A DNA stretch of 64,000 nt from Longimicrobiales bacterium (GCA_963664435.2 CAXXKM010000001.1:128001-192000); one strand, 5' to 3'; counted from the first letter of the stretch, positions 17,866 through 28,489 are shown. Numbers and translations: made by a program. The notes: a model not told the origin generated them from the letters alone.

Positions 17866-18015
17866 ACAAACCCCACGCGATGGGCTCTACCCGCGGAAGG
17901 GGTCCAATCGTCGGACGCTCCGCGTCCACTGTCCCGTCAGTACGATGAGGCGATGGGCTGCTCGATTCCCGGCGCCCACCGCCGCAGCCCCCGGCCTGTG
18001 TCGGACGGCGTCGCC

Positions 18016-19236
18016 CTACTCGTACCTGAGCGAGTCGATCGGATCGAGCAGCGCCGCCCGGCGCGCGGGCCAGATTCCGAAGAAGAGCCCGATCCCCGCC
18101 GAGAAGAGCAGCGCCACCGCGACCGCTGCGGGCGCGACCGCCGTCTCCCAGCCCGCCGTGCTCGATAGCAGCTCCGCGCTGCCGACCCCCGCTGCCACGC
18201 CCAGAACGCCGCCCATCGTGCACAGCACGAGGGACTCGATGATGAACTGAAGCAGGATGTTCAGCCGCGTGGCCCCCATCGCCTTGCGGATGCCGATCTC
18301 GCGGGTGCGCTCGGTCACGCTCACCAGCATGATGTTCATGATGCCGATGCCGCCGACCAGCAGGCTGATCGCCGCGATGCCTCCAAGGAGGTAGGTGAAG
18401 GTCTGCTGCGTCTCGTTGAACGACTCCAGCAGCTGCGCCGAGTTGCGGATGGAGAAGTCGGCTTCCTCACCGGGCGGAATGCGGTGCTCGCGCCGCAGGA
18501 TGCGGTCGATGTCGGCATAGGCCGCGTCCATGGAGGCCTCATCCAGGACCTTCACGCTGATGGAGTTGAGCCGGTCGCGGCCACCGAAGACCCGGTACTG
18601 GGCCGTGCTCAGGGGGATGTAGACTCGTTCGTCCGGCTGCGACCAGGGGCTGGACTCGCCCTGCTCCTCGAGGACGCCGATGACCTCGAAGGGAATCCCG
18701 CGGATCTGGACCGTGCGCCCCACAAGAAGCGCTCCGGGCGTCTCCAGCTGGTTGGGGATCTCCGATCCCACGACGGCGACCCGGCGTCGGCCCTGAACCT
18801 CTCCTTCGTCGAAGATCCTTCCGAGCGCCAGCTCGATGTTCTGCACGCCGAAATACTCGGGCCAGGTGCCCAGCACCTCGTTGCTCGAGTTCCAGCGCAG
18901 ATACGAAATCTGCTGGCGCTGCTCGATCTCGGGGGCGATCAGGAGGGTGCCCCCGGTCTGCATGCGCAGCGCCTCTGCGTCCTCGTCATAGAGGCGCGCG
19001 CGCGCGCCGCCGTCGCGGATGCCCCGGAACATGCTCTGGCCGGGCCGGATGGTGAGCACGTTGGTGCCCATGTTCTGGATCTGCTCTTCCACCCGGCGCT
19101 GCGCGCCCTCGCCCAGGGACACCATGGCGATCACCGCGGCCACGCCGATGATGATTCCCAGCGTAGTCAGGAACGAACGCAGCGCGTTCACCCTGATGGC
19201 CTGAAGGGCGACGACGACGATTTCCTTGATCAGCAT
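18016..19236 (-). CDS. MacB-family ABC permease
   Basis: RSFLTTLGIIIGVAAVI, VGGIGIMNIMLVSVTERTREIGIRKAMGA, PARRAALLDPI. Confidence 0.95.
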   Translation of the reverse strand: MLIKEIVVVALQAIRVNALRSFLTTLGIIIGVAAVIAMVSLGEGAQRRVEEQIQNMGTNVLTIRPGQSMFRGIRDGGARARLYDEDAEALRMQTGGTLLIAPEIEQRQQISYLRWNSSNEVLGTWPEYFGVQNIELALGRIFDEGEVQGRRRVAVVGSEIPNQLETPGALLVGRTVQIRGIPFEVIGVLEEQGESSPWSQPDERVYIPLSTAQYRVFGGRDRLNSISVKVLDEASMDAAYADIDRILRREHRIPPGEEADFSIRNSAQLLESFNETQQTFTYLLGGIAAISLLVGGIGIMNIMLVSVTERTREIGIRKAMGATRLNILLQFIIESLVLCTMGGVLGVAAGVGSAELLSSTAGWETAVAPAAVAVALLFSAGIGLFFGIWPARRAALLDPIDSLRYE

Positions 19237-19256
19237 TTCGGGCCTCCGAGGCGCGG

Positions 19257-20936
19257 TTAGCGCCTGCCGCGCGGGGTTCCGCCTCCGAACGGGCTTCCGC
19301 CCATCCGCTCGCGCATGCGGTCGATGAACTCCTGCTGCTGTGCCTGGAGCTGGGCGGCGCCGATCAGCGCGACCTCCTCACCCTCTTCAAGGCCGGCAAC
19401 CACCTCGGTGTTGTCCCAGTCGTTCACGCCGATCAGGATGGGGCGCGGTTCGATGGTTCCGTCCGCGTAGATCACGAACGTGATCGCGGGGCGAGGCGCG
19501 CCTTCCTCCGGGCGACCTCCCCCAGGGCTCCCGAAACCGGCGCCCATGCCGTCCATCATGCCCTGGTCCGCGCCGGGCCCCATTCCCATCACTCCGGCAC
19601 CATTGCCTGCCCCCATGCCCACGCGTCCACCGGCGCCGTTTTCAGTGCCTCCGCCGGCGCCCGCCGCGGGACGGCCGGCACCCGTTCCAGGTCCTCCGTT
19701 CACACCCGCTTCAGGACCGCCGCCGTTCGCCGCCCGGGCCTGCGCCATCTGTTCGCGCATCTCCTCCCGCGAAATCTCCCCGGCCGCCAACTGCTCGCGA
19801 AGTTCCTGCAGGCGCGCGTTGCCGCCCATCCCGCCCATCGGCCTCTGGCCTGCCGTCACTCCCCCGCGAACTCCATCAGGAGCCGCGATGAACCCACCCG
19901 GCGCGCCGGAGCTGCCCGGCGACGAGGCCCGCAGCTCCGCAAACACCGACCGGTCCATCTCGATCGCGTCCGGATCCATCCCGAGCACCATCGCCGCGGG
20001 CGCCATCTCCTGGAACTGCACCAGCGCGTTGTTGGGGATGAGCAGGGCGTTGGGACGCTCGGCGACCAGGATCTCCACCTCCGCGTTCATCCCGGGCTTG
20101 AGCAGTCCGCCGCGGTTGTCGATCATCACGATCACCGCGAACATGGTCACGTTCTGCTGGACCTCGGCCTGCGGTTCGATCTTGTCGACGATTCCCTGGA
20201 AGGTCTGTCCCGGGAACGCCTCCACCGTCACTGTGGCGGTCAGCCCGTCGGAGATCTGCCCGACGTCGGTCTCGTCGACCAGCGTGCGCACCTGCATCTC
20301 GGCCAGGTTGGCCATCATGAAGAGCGTCGTGCCCCCGGACACGTTCTGGGAGGCGGACTGGATGACCTGCCCCTCCTCCACGTTCTTCTGGATGATGGTA
20401 CCCGCCATGGGCGCGCGGATGGTGACGTCGCTCAGCCGCAGCTCGGCGAGTTCCATGCTCGTGGTGGCCTTGACCAGGTTGGCCTGCGCGTTGGCATAGT
20501 CCAGGTTGGCCGCCTCGTGCTCCTGCTCGGTGATCACTCCGGCTTCGAAGAGCAGGCGCGAGCGCTCCAACTGGGCGCTGGAGATCTCCACCCGGGCCCG
20601 CGCCACGTTCAGGTCGGCCTCGGTCTGGTTGAAGTCGTTGCGCACGTCGCGTGGATCGATCTCCGCGAGCAGCGCCCCCGGCTCGAGTTGGTCCCCCGTG
20701 TCCACGTGCAGGCGCAGAATCTCGCCCGAGGCCTTTGACTTGACCTCCACCGTGCGCACGGGCTCCATCAGGCCGGTGGCTTCGGCCACCAGGCGCAGGT
20801 CGTCGCGCAGGGCCGGCATGGTCGTGAGGCCGGGCGCCTCTGCAACCTGCTCGCCGGGGTCGCAGGCCACCACGGTCAATAGTGCGAGGAGCCTCATGCC
20901 CCCGTGCCTCAGTCCCATCGTGCTCACGTTCATCAT
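19257..20936 (-). CDS. MacA-like efflux periplasmic adaptor with long Gly/Met-rich insertion
   Basis: Lipoprotein-like N-terminus, VEVKSKASGEI, IRAPMAG, LKPGMNA, GLEEGEEV. Confidence 0.88.
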   Translation of the reverse strand: MMNVSTMGLRHGGMRLLALLTVVACDPGEQVAEAPGLTTMPALRDDLRLVAEATGLMEPVRTVEVKSKASGEILRLHVDTGDQLEPGALLAEIDPRDVRNDFNQTEADLNVARARVEISSAQLERSRLLFEAGVITEQEHEAANLDYANAQANLVKATTSMELAELRLSDVTIRAPMAGTIIQKNVEEGQVIQSASQNVSGGTTLFMMANLAEMQVRTLVDETDVGQISDGLTATVTVEAFPGQTFQGIVDKIEPQAEVQQNVTMFAVIVMIDNRGGLLKPGMNAEVEILVAERPNALLIPNNALVQFQEMAPAAMVLGMDPDAIEMDRSVFAELRASSPGSSGAPGGFIAAPDGVRGGVTAGQRPMGGMGGNARLQELREQLAAGEISREEMREQMAQARAANGGGPEAGVNGGPGTGAGRPAAGAGGGTENGAGGRVGMGAGNGAGVMGMGPGADQGMMDGMGAGFGSPGGGRPEEGAPRPAITFVIYADGTIEPRPILIGVNDWDNTEVVAGLEEGEEVALIGAAQLQAQQQEFIDRMRERMGGSPFGGGTPRGRR

Positions 20937-20976
20937 CTCTCCAGAGAATCCTGCTTCGCAGGAAATGGCGTCATCT

Positions 20977-21687
20977 TCAAACGGTCGCCGTCATCAGGGA
21001 TTCGTTCATGAAGTCGCGCTCGACCAGGCCGTCCCGCAGATGAATCTGCCGCTGGGCGTACTGGGCGATGTCGTGCTCGTGCGTCACCACGAGGATGGTC
21101 TGCCCCTGCCGGTGGAGGTCCACGAAGACCGTCATGATCTCCTCGCTGGTGGTGGAGTCCAGGTTACCCGTGGGCTCGTCGGCCAGCAGGATGGCGGGCT
21201 CGTTGACGAGCGCGCGCGCGACCGCCACGCGCTGCCGCTGGCCGCCGGAGAGCTCCGGCGGGCGGTGGTCCATGCGCAATCCCAGGCCCACCGTCTCCAG
21301 CGCCTCGCGGGCCCGCTGGCGCCGCTCGCGGGCGGACACGCCGGCATAGATGAGCGGAAGTTCCACGTTGTGCAGCGCCGTGGCGCGCGGCAGCAGGTTG
21401 AAGGTCTGGAACACGAACCCGATTTCGCGGTTGCGGACGTTCGCGAGCTGATCGTCGCTCAAGTCGCTCACCAGCTGCTCGTTCAGCCAGTACTGCCCCC
21501 GGGTGGGGGTGTCCAGGCACCCGATCAGGTTCATGAAGGTGGATTTGCCGCTGCCCGAGGGTCCCATGATGGCGACAAACTCGCCCCGGCTGATCTCGAG
21601 GTCGACGCGGCGAAGGGCGCGGATGGTCTCCGCTCCCAGCACGTAGTGCTTGGTCAGTCCTACGGTTTGAATGACAGCTCGGCTCAC
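20977..21687 (-). CDS. ABC transporter ATP-binding protein (LolD/MacB-type)
   Basis: [29 protein letters not shown]. Confidence 0.95.
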   Translation of the reverse strand: MSRAVIQTVGLTKHYVLGAETIRALRRVDLEISRGEFVAIMGPSGSGKSTFMNLIGCLDTPTRGQYWLNEQLVSDLSDDQLANVRNREIGFVFQTFNLLPRATALHNVELPLIYAGVSARERRQRAREALETVGLGLRMDHRPPELSGGQRQRVAVARALVNEPAILLADEPTGNLDSTTSEEIMTVFVDLHRQGQTILVVTHEHDIAQYAQRQIHLRDGLVERDFMNESLMTATV

Positions 21688-22985
21688 AGTTCGCTCCCCA
21701 GAATCGCCTCCAGTTGCGCACGCGCGACCGCGTAGTCGTATCGCGCCGTAACCAGACCGGACTCCGCCTGCACGAGGGCGATCTGACTCGTGATCAGGTC
21801 GAGGATGGTCGCAACCGAGAGGTCGAAGCGCTGCTGCACGACCCGGAGGTCCTCGGCGGCCACGTCCCTCGCCTCGATGGCGATGGCGATGGCCTGCTCG
21901 GAAGTCCTCAGCGCGAACAGCGCTCCGTCCACCTGCGCGCGGACCAGGCGTCTGGCATCCTCCTCCTGTACGAAGGCGACGCGTTCCTGATTCTCGGCGC
22001 GCGTGATGCTCTGGTCGCGGTTGAAGCCGTCAAAGACGTTGTAGCTGCCCGAGAGGCGAATATTCCAGGAAGTCGTCCCGCCGGTGAGCGCGGCCTGCCG
22101 GTTCGCCCAGCTGTAGCCGGACGAGAGGCGGAGCGACGGAAACCGGGAGCTCCGGGAAGAGCTGGCGGCCGCGGAGGCCGCCCTGGCGGCGGCCCGGGCA
22201 CTGCGTACGGCCGGCGAACGCTCTTCGGCGAGGAGGAACATCTCCTGCTCGCTGAGAGCCAGCGAACTCGGGGCGAGATCGCCCGGAAGTTCGGGCATGA
22301 CCGGCTCCGACAGCCCCACCTGGCGCCCCAGGGAGAAACGCGCCGCCCGGGTGGCCGCCTCCGCCTGCAGCACGGCCTGCATGGCGTTGGCCACTTCCAG
22401 GCGGGCCCGCAGCGTGTCCGAACGCGTCCCGGAACCCAGCTCGGTGCGACGGCGCGTGTTGGCCAGGCTCTCCTCGGCACGTTCCACGCTCGCGCGCGCC
22501 ACTTCCAGCAGATCCGACTGGCGCAGGGCGGCGAAGTACAGATCCTTCGTCTGCAGAATGACCCCGAAACGCTGGTTCTCCAGGTCGGCCTCGGCCGACG
22601 CGATGTCCGCCCTCGCCCGATCCATGTCGGCGAAGCGCTGGCCGCCGTTGAAGACGCTGTAGGAAAGCGACAGGCCCGCGTTGTAGCTCTCGCTCGCGCC
22701 CGCAACCGTGCGCTGGGTCGCCGCGTCGAACCGCTGGCTGCTGTTGGTCGAGGCCCCCGAGCTGACGCTCAGGGTGGGGAGGAAGCCTCCCCAGGCGGCC
22801 CGGTGCGAGACGCCGGCGTTGTCCAGGCCGGCGCGCGCCTGCGCCATCGACGGATGAACCTGCAACGACCTCGCGATCGCCTCGTCCAGCGTCAGCGGCT
22901 GCTGCGCCGCAAGCGTGCCCGTCAGCGCGAGCACGATGGGAAGTCCGGCGATGCGCCGGGCGAATCTCATACGTGTTGTGACCAT
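21684..22985 (-). CDS. TolC-family outer-membrane efflux protein
   Basis: [37 protein letters not shown]; start could be 22970. Confidence 0.9.
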   Translation of the reverse strand: MVTTRMRFARRIAGLPIVLALTGTLAAQQPLTLDEAIARSLQVHPSMAQARAGLDNAGVSHRAAWGGFLPTLSVSSGASTNSSQRFDAATQRTVAGASESYNAGLSLSYSVFNGGQRFADMDRARADIASAEADLENQRFGVILQTKDLYFAALRQSDLLEVARASVERAEESLANTRRRTELGSGTRSDTLRARLEVANAMQAVLQAEAATRAARFSLGRQVGLSEPVMPELPGDLAPSSLALSEQEMFLLAEERSPAVRSARAAARAASAAASSSRSSRFPSLRLSSGYSWANRQAALTGGTTSWNIRLSGSYNVFDGFNRDQSITRAENQERVAFVQEEDARRLVRAQVDGALFALRTSEQAIAIAIEARDVAAEDLRVVQQRFDLSVATILDLITSQIALVQAESGLVTARYDYAVARAQLEAILGSEL

Positions 22986-23524
22986 TGTCCCCTGTCCCGT
23001 TCTCCCCCGTCCCCGTCCCTGCTGTCCCGCTGCGGGCGCTCCTGGCCGCCCTGCCCGCGGTCACGCTCGCCGTCGCGGGCTTCGGACCGCGATCTCTCTC
23101 TTTCCCGTTCGTCCTCGATCTCCCGGCGGCGGTCGAAATCGGACAGAAGCGCATCGTACTCGGCAGCCTGCTCGGGGGTGAGCACGGCCTTGATGGAGGA
23201 GCGCGTTGACTCGATCAACTCCCCGTACCCCGTCCGGTAGTCCGTTCGCAACTGCCGCATGAGCGTGCGCGAGTGGCCCACCAGCGAGTCAACCTGAACC
23301 TGCTGCTGCGCGCTCAGCCCCACGCGCTCCACGATCAGGCCGCGACGGCGGGTCTCCCCTCCGCGGTCATCATCCGCCTCCTCCGCCGCCACGGCCGCGG
23401 GCGCAGTGGGTTCAGCCTGAGCCGGCGATGTCCTCGACCACACCAGACCGAGAAGGAACCCGGCCACCAGCGTCACAAGAAGTACGCCTCCGGCCGCTGC
23501 GCGCGTGTTGCGTGCGGTCATCAT
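22967..23524 (-). CDS. Membrane-anchored periplasmic protein with LTXXQ-like motifs (Spy/CpxP-like)
   Basis: N-terminal TM; GLSAQQQ and VLTPEQ motifs bracketing a helical hairpin; charged tail. Confidence 0.55.
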   Translation of the reverse strand: MMTARNTRAAAGGVLLVTLVAGFLLGLVWSRTSPAQAEPTAPAAVAAEEADDDRGGETRRRGLIVERVGLSAQQQVQVDSLVGHSRTLMRQLRTDYRTGYGELIESTRSSIKAVLTPEQAAEYDALLSDFDRRREIEDERERERSRSEARDGERDRGQGGQERPQRDSRDGDGGERDRGQWSQHV

Positions 23525-23925
23525 CCGCCTCCCTCGATCGCGACCAGGAACGCCACCTCGTCCACCTGATCGGCGACGAGCACCGCCGGCAGCGGCTCAT
23601 CATCGACCCCGGCCACCAGAGCCTCCTCAATGGCGATGCCGGCTCCGGACGTCGTCTCGGCCGGCATCAGCAGGGAGGCCATCGCCGCGGCCGCCACAAC
23701 CGACGCCGGGACCAGCAACCTCCACCACGACGCCAGCACCTCGCCCACCGTGAGCGGGCGCGTGGCGCGCCGCCTGGCCAGTTCCGGACCCGCAAGGCCC
23801 ATAACGCGGGCCTGGAAACGGGCCCAGTGGCCGGGGTCCGAGTTCCCGGGATCGAGTAGTTCGAGGGGGATGCTGCCGTTGTCGACCATGTCCCGGCCCC
23901 CGCCTGATGCTGCGTCGTTGCTCAT
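23521..23925 (-). CDS. Single-pass membrane protein, putative anti-sigma factor
   Basis: Directly downstream of an ECF sigma gene; one TM helix; ATGA overlap with the next gene; start shortened from the ORF track. Confidence 0.55.
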   Translation of the reverse strand: MSNDAASGGGRDMVDNGSIPLELLDPGNSDPGHWARFQARVMGLAGPELARRRATRPLTVGEVLASWWRLLVPASVVAAAAMASLLMPAETTSGAGIAIEEALVAGVDDEPLPAVLVADQVDEVAFLVAIEGGG

Positions 23926-24002
23926 TTGACTGCTTCTTCCGTCTCGTTCCTGCGTAGATGTCGTTCGCGTCTTCCGCCCGGCCTGCGCGGGCGTCCTTCC
24001 AG

Positions 24003-24533
24003 CTATTCGCGCGGCTTCAGGAGCTTGCGCAGCGACTTGCGCGCGTAGTGCAGGTGCGAGCGTACCGTCCCCGCGGGGAGCCCCAGGCGCTGTGCGATCT
24101 CTCTGTGCTTCCACCCCTCCAGGTCGTGAAGCAGCACGATCTGTCTCTGAACTTCCGGCAGCTCCCCGAGCGCGCGGGCGATCTCGTCGCGCAACTCCGA
24201 CAACTGAGCCTCCTTCTCCGGCGTCGGGGTGCTGGAACGGGCGCTGAACGGAATCTGTTCCGTCGCCCGCAACGCCTCCCGGCGCACGAGGTTGTTCGAC
24301 CGGTTTCTGACGATCGTCATCAGCCAGCCCCCGAACCTGCTCGGGCGGCGACAATCGTCGAGGCGCTCGAGCGCGACCAGGAAAGCCTCCTGCGCCGCGT
24401 CCTCCGCGTCCTCCGGCCGTCCGATCACCGAGAGAGCCACCAGAAATGCCGCTCTGCGATAGCGGGTAACGAGTTGCCCGAAGGCGTCCCCGTCCCCCGA
24501 CCGGGCCAGTGCAACCAGCGTGGCGTCATCCAA
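24003..24533 (-). CDS. ECF RNA polymerase sigma-70 factor
   Basis: DAEDAAQEAF, FGGWLMTIVRN, LHDLEGWKHREIA, GTVRSHLHYAR. Confidence 0.93.
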   Translation of the reverse strand: MDDATLVALARSGDGDAFGQLVTRYRRAAFLVALSVIGRPEDAEDAAQEAFLVALERLDDCRRPSRFGGWLMTIVRNRSNNLVRREALRATEQIPFSARSSTPTPEKEAQLSELRDEIARALGELPEVQRQIVLLHDLEGWKHREIAQRLGLPAGTVRSHLHYARKSLRKLLKPRE

Positions 24534-24586
24534 GTGATCGTTGCCTCAACGAGAATGACACGTGGACATCGAACGTTGTTGAACGG

Positions 24587-25342
24587 CTAGCGCCGGCGAT
24601 GGCGTCGGCCTCCGCGTTTCCGCCTGCTCTTGCCGGACGCGGGCCGTTCGCGGGTAGCCTCCGCCAGCAGCGCGTGCCACTCGGTGGGAAAGAGTTCCGC
24701 CAGATCCCGCGCGACCGTCACGAGCTCGCCGCGCGGCTTCTCCGACTCCTCCCCGGCACGAAAGAACCGCACCAGCATGAGCGCGGCGCCGGGATCGGAG
24801 ATCGCGCCGCTTCGCGCGGCACCCGCCACCCGCGCGATCCAGGCCGCGCCCCCGGCGTCGGAGAAGCTCCACTCGGTGGACGCGGGCGGCGATGGCAGGG
24901 TTGCCTCGTCAGGCGGGTCTTCACGGCCGGCAGCGCCCTCCCGGCCGCCAGGTCGAGGGGCGGGCCCGGGGGGTCTCAGGCGGGCCGGCGGCGGCGGCGA
25001 CCCGGACGCGGGTGACGTGGGCGCGGGGGCTCCGGAGCGGTTGTGCCGTCGGGAAGGCGCGGGGGCGGCGGGAGAGGGCCGTCCGCCGGGAGCCGGCGAC
25101 TGCGGTCGCGCCGATGGGGGCGAGGACGGGCGGGCCGACGGCGGTACCGTGCGGTGGCCCGGAGGGGATGGTGTCCCGGGGCGCGCGGGTCGAGGCGGGT
25201 CCGTCCTGCTCACGGGTGGAGGGGCGGGACGGGCGGAAGGTGGAGGTTCGGGACGGGCCGGCGGGGGTGAAGGCGGTTCCGCGGACGGGCGACGGTCCGG
25301 TCCATCGTGACCGGGACCATCCGGTGGCGACGGCGGCTTCAC
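24587..25342 (-). CDS. Hypothetical protein with Pro-rich repetitive N-terminus, globular C-terminal domain and basic tail
   Basis: GTGA overlap with the HNH gene stop; PPSARP-type repeats, then 'EWSFSDAGGAAWIARV..LVRFF'; start uncertain. Confidence 0.5.
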   Translation of the reverse strand: MKPPSPPDGPGHDGPDRRPSAEPPSPPPARPEPPPSARPAPPPVSRTDPPRPARPGTPSPPGHRTVPPSARPSSPPSARPQSPAPGGRPSPAAPAPSRRHNRSGAPAPTSPASGSPPPPARLRPPGPAPRPGGREGAAGREDPPDEATLPSPPASTEWSFSDAGGAAWIARVAGAARSGAISDPGAALMLVRFFRAGEESEKPRGELVTVARDLAELFPTEWHALLAEATRERPASGKSRRKRGGRRHRRR

Positions 25343-25914
25343 TCGTCGCCGGTCGACGCCACGCTCGACAGCGAGAGCGCCTTGAGGATCTCGTCTCCGT
25401 AGAACATGCGCACGTACTTGGCCTGGACCGGGGTAACGCTGCGCACCGCCCAGACCAGATGGACGTAGTTGGGCTCGGCGGGGATGGAGAGCAGCCGCAT
25501 GCCTGCCTCCGCGGGCGTGTTGTCGCCCTTGCGGTTGTTGCAGGGCGAGCATGCCGAAACGACGTTGGCCCACTGATTGCTCCCGCCGCGGGAGATCGGC
25601 AGAACGTGGTCGCGGGTCAGGAACTCGCGTGCCCGCAGCTGATCCCGGTGCCGGCCGCAGTACTGGCAGCAGTAGTCGTCGCGCGCGAACATGAAAGTGT
25701 TGGTCACCTGCCGGCGGAAGCGCCGGGGCACGTGCACGAAGCGCACGAGGCGAATCACCGCGGGAAACGGGATGTTGCGGTGCTCGGAGCGGAACGCGCG
25801 TGCTTCCTCCGCCTCGAGGATCTCCGCCTTCGAGTCGAGCACCAGACGCACTGCGCGCCGGGCGGGCACGATGGTCAGCGGCTCGTAGGAGGCGTTCAGC
25901 GCGAGGCAGCTCAT
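25339..25914 (-). CDS. HNH endonuclease family protein (McrA-like)
   Basis: CLALNASYEPL N-terminus, RDDYCCQYCG, TRDHVLPISRGG, WANVVSACSPCNNRK. Confidence 0.9.
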   Translation of the reverse strand: MSCLALNASYEPLTIVPARRAVRLVLDSKAEILEAEEARAFRSEHRNIPFPAVIRLVRFVHVPRRFRRQVTNTFMFARDDYCCQYCGRHRDQLRAREFLTRDHVLPISRGGSNQWANVVSACSPCNNRKGDNTPAEAGMRLLSIPAEPNYVHLVWAVRSVTPVQAKYVRMFYGDEILKALSLSSVASTGDE

Positions 25915-26131
25915 CGCGAATCCGGTTCTTGAGACCTTCCCTGACTGCCGACGGCCCGGCTCCGGCGCTTCCGGGACCCGGTCGGCCGCCTGACGGCGCG
26001 GGCGGTCCACGGCGGACACATCCCACGGTCAGACTGACAAGCGCCGCAAACTACCGGGGATCGGGAAGCGGAGCAACCGCCGAACCCGCCGTCGCGTCGG
26101 TTTGCGCCGGAATCATCGGTACAGCGATGCC

Positions 26132-28408
26132 CTACAGCAACGCCATCGGATCCCGGTCGATCAGGACCCGCGCGTCCGAGGGAGGGCGGAAGCCCGTCGA
26201 AAAAGCTCGCGTGAGGGTTCCCAGAGCGCGTGCCGAGCGGCTGCGCAGGAGGAAGTGCCAGCGCCAGCGGCTCTGCAGGCGCTCGATGGGCGAGGGAGCC
26301 GGACCGGTCAACTTGACCGCTGCGCCGGGGAGCCGGCGCTCCACCCAGGCGGCCGCGTCTTCGGCTGCGGTCGCGGCGACTTCGGGATCGGGGCTGGTCA
26401 CGACGACGTTGATCAGGCGCGCGAGGGGCGGATAGCCGGGGCCCTCGCGCTCGGTGAGCTCGCGCTCGGCGAACGCCTCGAAGTCGTGGTCGCATGCCGC
26501 CCGGATGGCGTAGTGGGCGGGCATCCGGGTCTGGATCAGGACCTCGCCGCCCAGGGTGCCGCGCCCCGCCCGGCCCGCGACCTGGCTGAGCAGCTGGAAG
26601 GTCCGCTCGCTGGCGCGGAAGTCCGGCAGGTGCAGGCCGACATCGGCATCCACCACCCCGACCAGGGTCACGCGCGGATAGTCGAGTCCCTTGGCGATCA
26701 TCTGCGTTCCGAGCAGGATGTCGACCTCCCCGCGGCCCACGCGTCCGAGGATTTCGCTGTGCGCCCACTTGCGCGCGGTCGTGTCCACGTCCATGCGCGC
26801 GACCCGGGCTCCGGGAAAGGACTCGGTCACCACGCGCTCCACCTGCTCGGTACCGAGGCCCCGCCGTGAGAGCGCGCCGGACGCGCAGCGCGGACAGCGG
26901 TCGGGCACGGGCTCCTCGTAGCGGCAGTGATGGCAGAGCAGCCGCCCTGTGGCCCGGTGGAAGGTGAGCGAAACCGAGCAGGCCGTGCACACCGGCACCT
27001 CGCCGCATTCCCGGCACTGGAAGAAGGTCGAGTACCCGCGGCGGTTGAGCAGCAGGATCGACTGCTCGCCGCGATCCAGACGGCTGCGGATGGCGCCGGC
27101 CAGCTCGGGTGAGAGGACGGTGCGGCCGGTGGTCGAGGGGCGCGCGGGACGGCCCCCGTTGCTCGGGGATGGGGCGGCGGTGGAAGAGGGTTCGCGGAGA
27201 TCCACGACGCGCACCGGAGGCAGCGAGCCGCCGGTGGCACGCTCGGGAAGTTTCAGCAGCTCGAACTTGCCGCCGGCCTGGTTGGACCAGCTCTCGAGCG
27301 ACGGGGTCGCGCTGCCCAGCAGGCACAGGGCACCCTCCTGGCGGGCACGCATGACGGCCACGTCGCGGGCGTGATATCTGGGAGCGTCGGACTGCTTGTA
27401 GCTGCCTTCGTGCTCCTCGTCCACGATGATGGCGCCCAGGTCGGGGAGGGGCGCGAAGATGGCCGAGCGGGCGCCGATGGCGATGCGCCGGACCCCCGAC
27501 CGCAGCTGCCTCCAGGCATCGTAGCGTTCCCCGTCGGAGAGGCCGGAATGCAGCACGGCGACGTGGTCGCCGAAGTGCGCGCGGAAGCGGGTGACGGTCT
27601 GCGGCGTGAGCGAGATCTCCGGCACCAGCACGATCGCCGACCGGCCGCGCGCGTCCACGACCTCCTTCAGGAGCTCGATGTAGACCAGCGTCTTGCCGGA
27701 CGCGGTGACGCCGTGCAGCAGGACGGGCCGGGGCGCGGCCTCGTCCAGCGCCGACACCAGCCGCCTGTGCGCGGCGGCCTGGGCGGGGTTGGGCGTCAGG
27801 TCGGGGGGCGGTTCCGTACCGGTGGAAGCAAAGGGGTCGCGCACGACCTCCTGGTCGCGGACCTCCACGATCCCCTTCCCTTCCAGGGCCTTCACGACCC
27901 CGCGGCCTATGCCCTGGTCGAGAAGCGAGGCGAGCGGGATTGATCCCGCGGCACGCTCCAGGGCCTCGTAGGCGGCCTTCTGGCGCGGGGCGCGCGCAAA
28001 GGCGGCGTCCCGTTCGGCGAGCGACTCCAGCCAGCGTACGATGTGCACGACCTTCCGGGTGCGCGCCATCGTCCCCGGCCCCCGACCCGTCCCACTCAGC
28101 GCCGAAGGGAGCGCGGCGCGCAGGACAAGCCCCAGCGGAGCGATGTAATACGCGGCCATCCAGCGGGCGAGCTCCAGGAGTCCCGGCGAGAGCGACGGCT
28201 CCTCCTCGAGGATCTTCGAGATGCCGCGCAGGCGGAGCTTCCCGGATCCGGGGCGGCCCGGGCCGACCACCCAACCGACCCGCTTCGCCCTGTGGAACGG
28301 AACCAGCACGCGGGTGCCCGGCACCGGCCGAGGCGCGTTCGGACCCAGGGCGTAGGTGAAGGTCTGGTCGACGGGAAGCGGGAGCGCGACTTCGACGCGG
28401 GATGTCAC
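26132..28408 (-). CDS. priA: Primosomal protein N'
   Basis: GVTASGKT, LVPEISLTPQ, IVDEEHEGSYKQ, four CxxC pairs, GTQMIAKGLD, QVAGRAGR. Confidence 0.96.
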   Translation of the reverse strand: MTSRVEVALPLPVDQTFTYALGPNAPRPVPGTRVLVPFHRAKRVGWVVGPGRPGSGKLRLRGISKILEEEPSLSPGLLELARWMAAYYIAPLGLVLRAALPSALSGTGRGPGTMARTRKVVHIVRWLESLAERDAAFARAPRQKAAYEALERAAGSIPLASLLDQGIGRGVVKALEGKGIVEVRDQEVVRDPFASTGTEPPPDLTPNPAQAAAHRRLVSALDEAAPRPVLLHGVTASGKTLVYIELLKEVVDARGRSAIVLVPEISLTPQTVTRFRAHFGDHVAVLHSGLSDGERYDAWRQLRSGVRRIAIGARSAIFAPLPDLGAIIVDEEHEGSYKQSDAPRYHARDVAVMRARQEGALCLLGSATPSLESWSNQAGGKFELLKLPERATGGSLPPVRVVDLREPSSTAAPSPSNGGRPARPSTTGRTVLSPELAGAIRSRLDRGEQSILLLNRRGYSTFFQCRECGEVPVCTACSVSLTFHRATGRLLCHHCRYEEPVPDRCPRCASGALSRRGLGTEQVERVVTESFPGARVARMDVDTTARKWAHSEILGRVGRGEVDILLGTQMIAKGLDYPRVTLVGVVDADVGLHLPDFRASERTFQLLSQVAGRAGRGTLGGEVLIQTRMPAHYAIRAACDHDFEAFAERELTEREGPGYPPLARLINVVVTSPDPEVAATAAEDAAAWVERRLPGAAVKLTGPAPSPIERLQSRWRWHFLLRSRSARALGTLTRAFSTGFRPPSDARVLIDRDPMALL

Positions 28409-28489
28409 CGAGGGCGGCGCGCGGAGCCGACAGCGGCCGTCAGCGCCTTGCCGGCCCGGCGCCTGGCCGCTCGCGGTGCCTGCGCGGAT

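Noticed and set aside
25339..25914. HNH protein as a homing endonuclease or restriction system
   Set aside because: It belongs to the common stand-alone LNASYEPL-type family; no intron, methylase or element ends are visible
27685..27715. PriA Walker A reads GVTASGKT instead of GVTGSGKT
   Set aside because: The catalytic GKT and all other helicase motifs are intact; probably a tolerated variant
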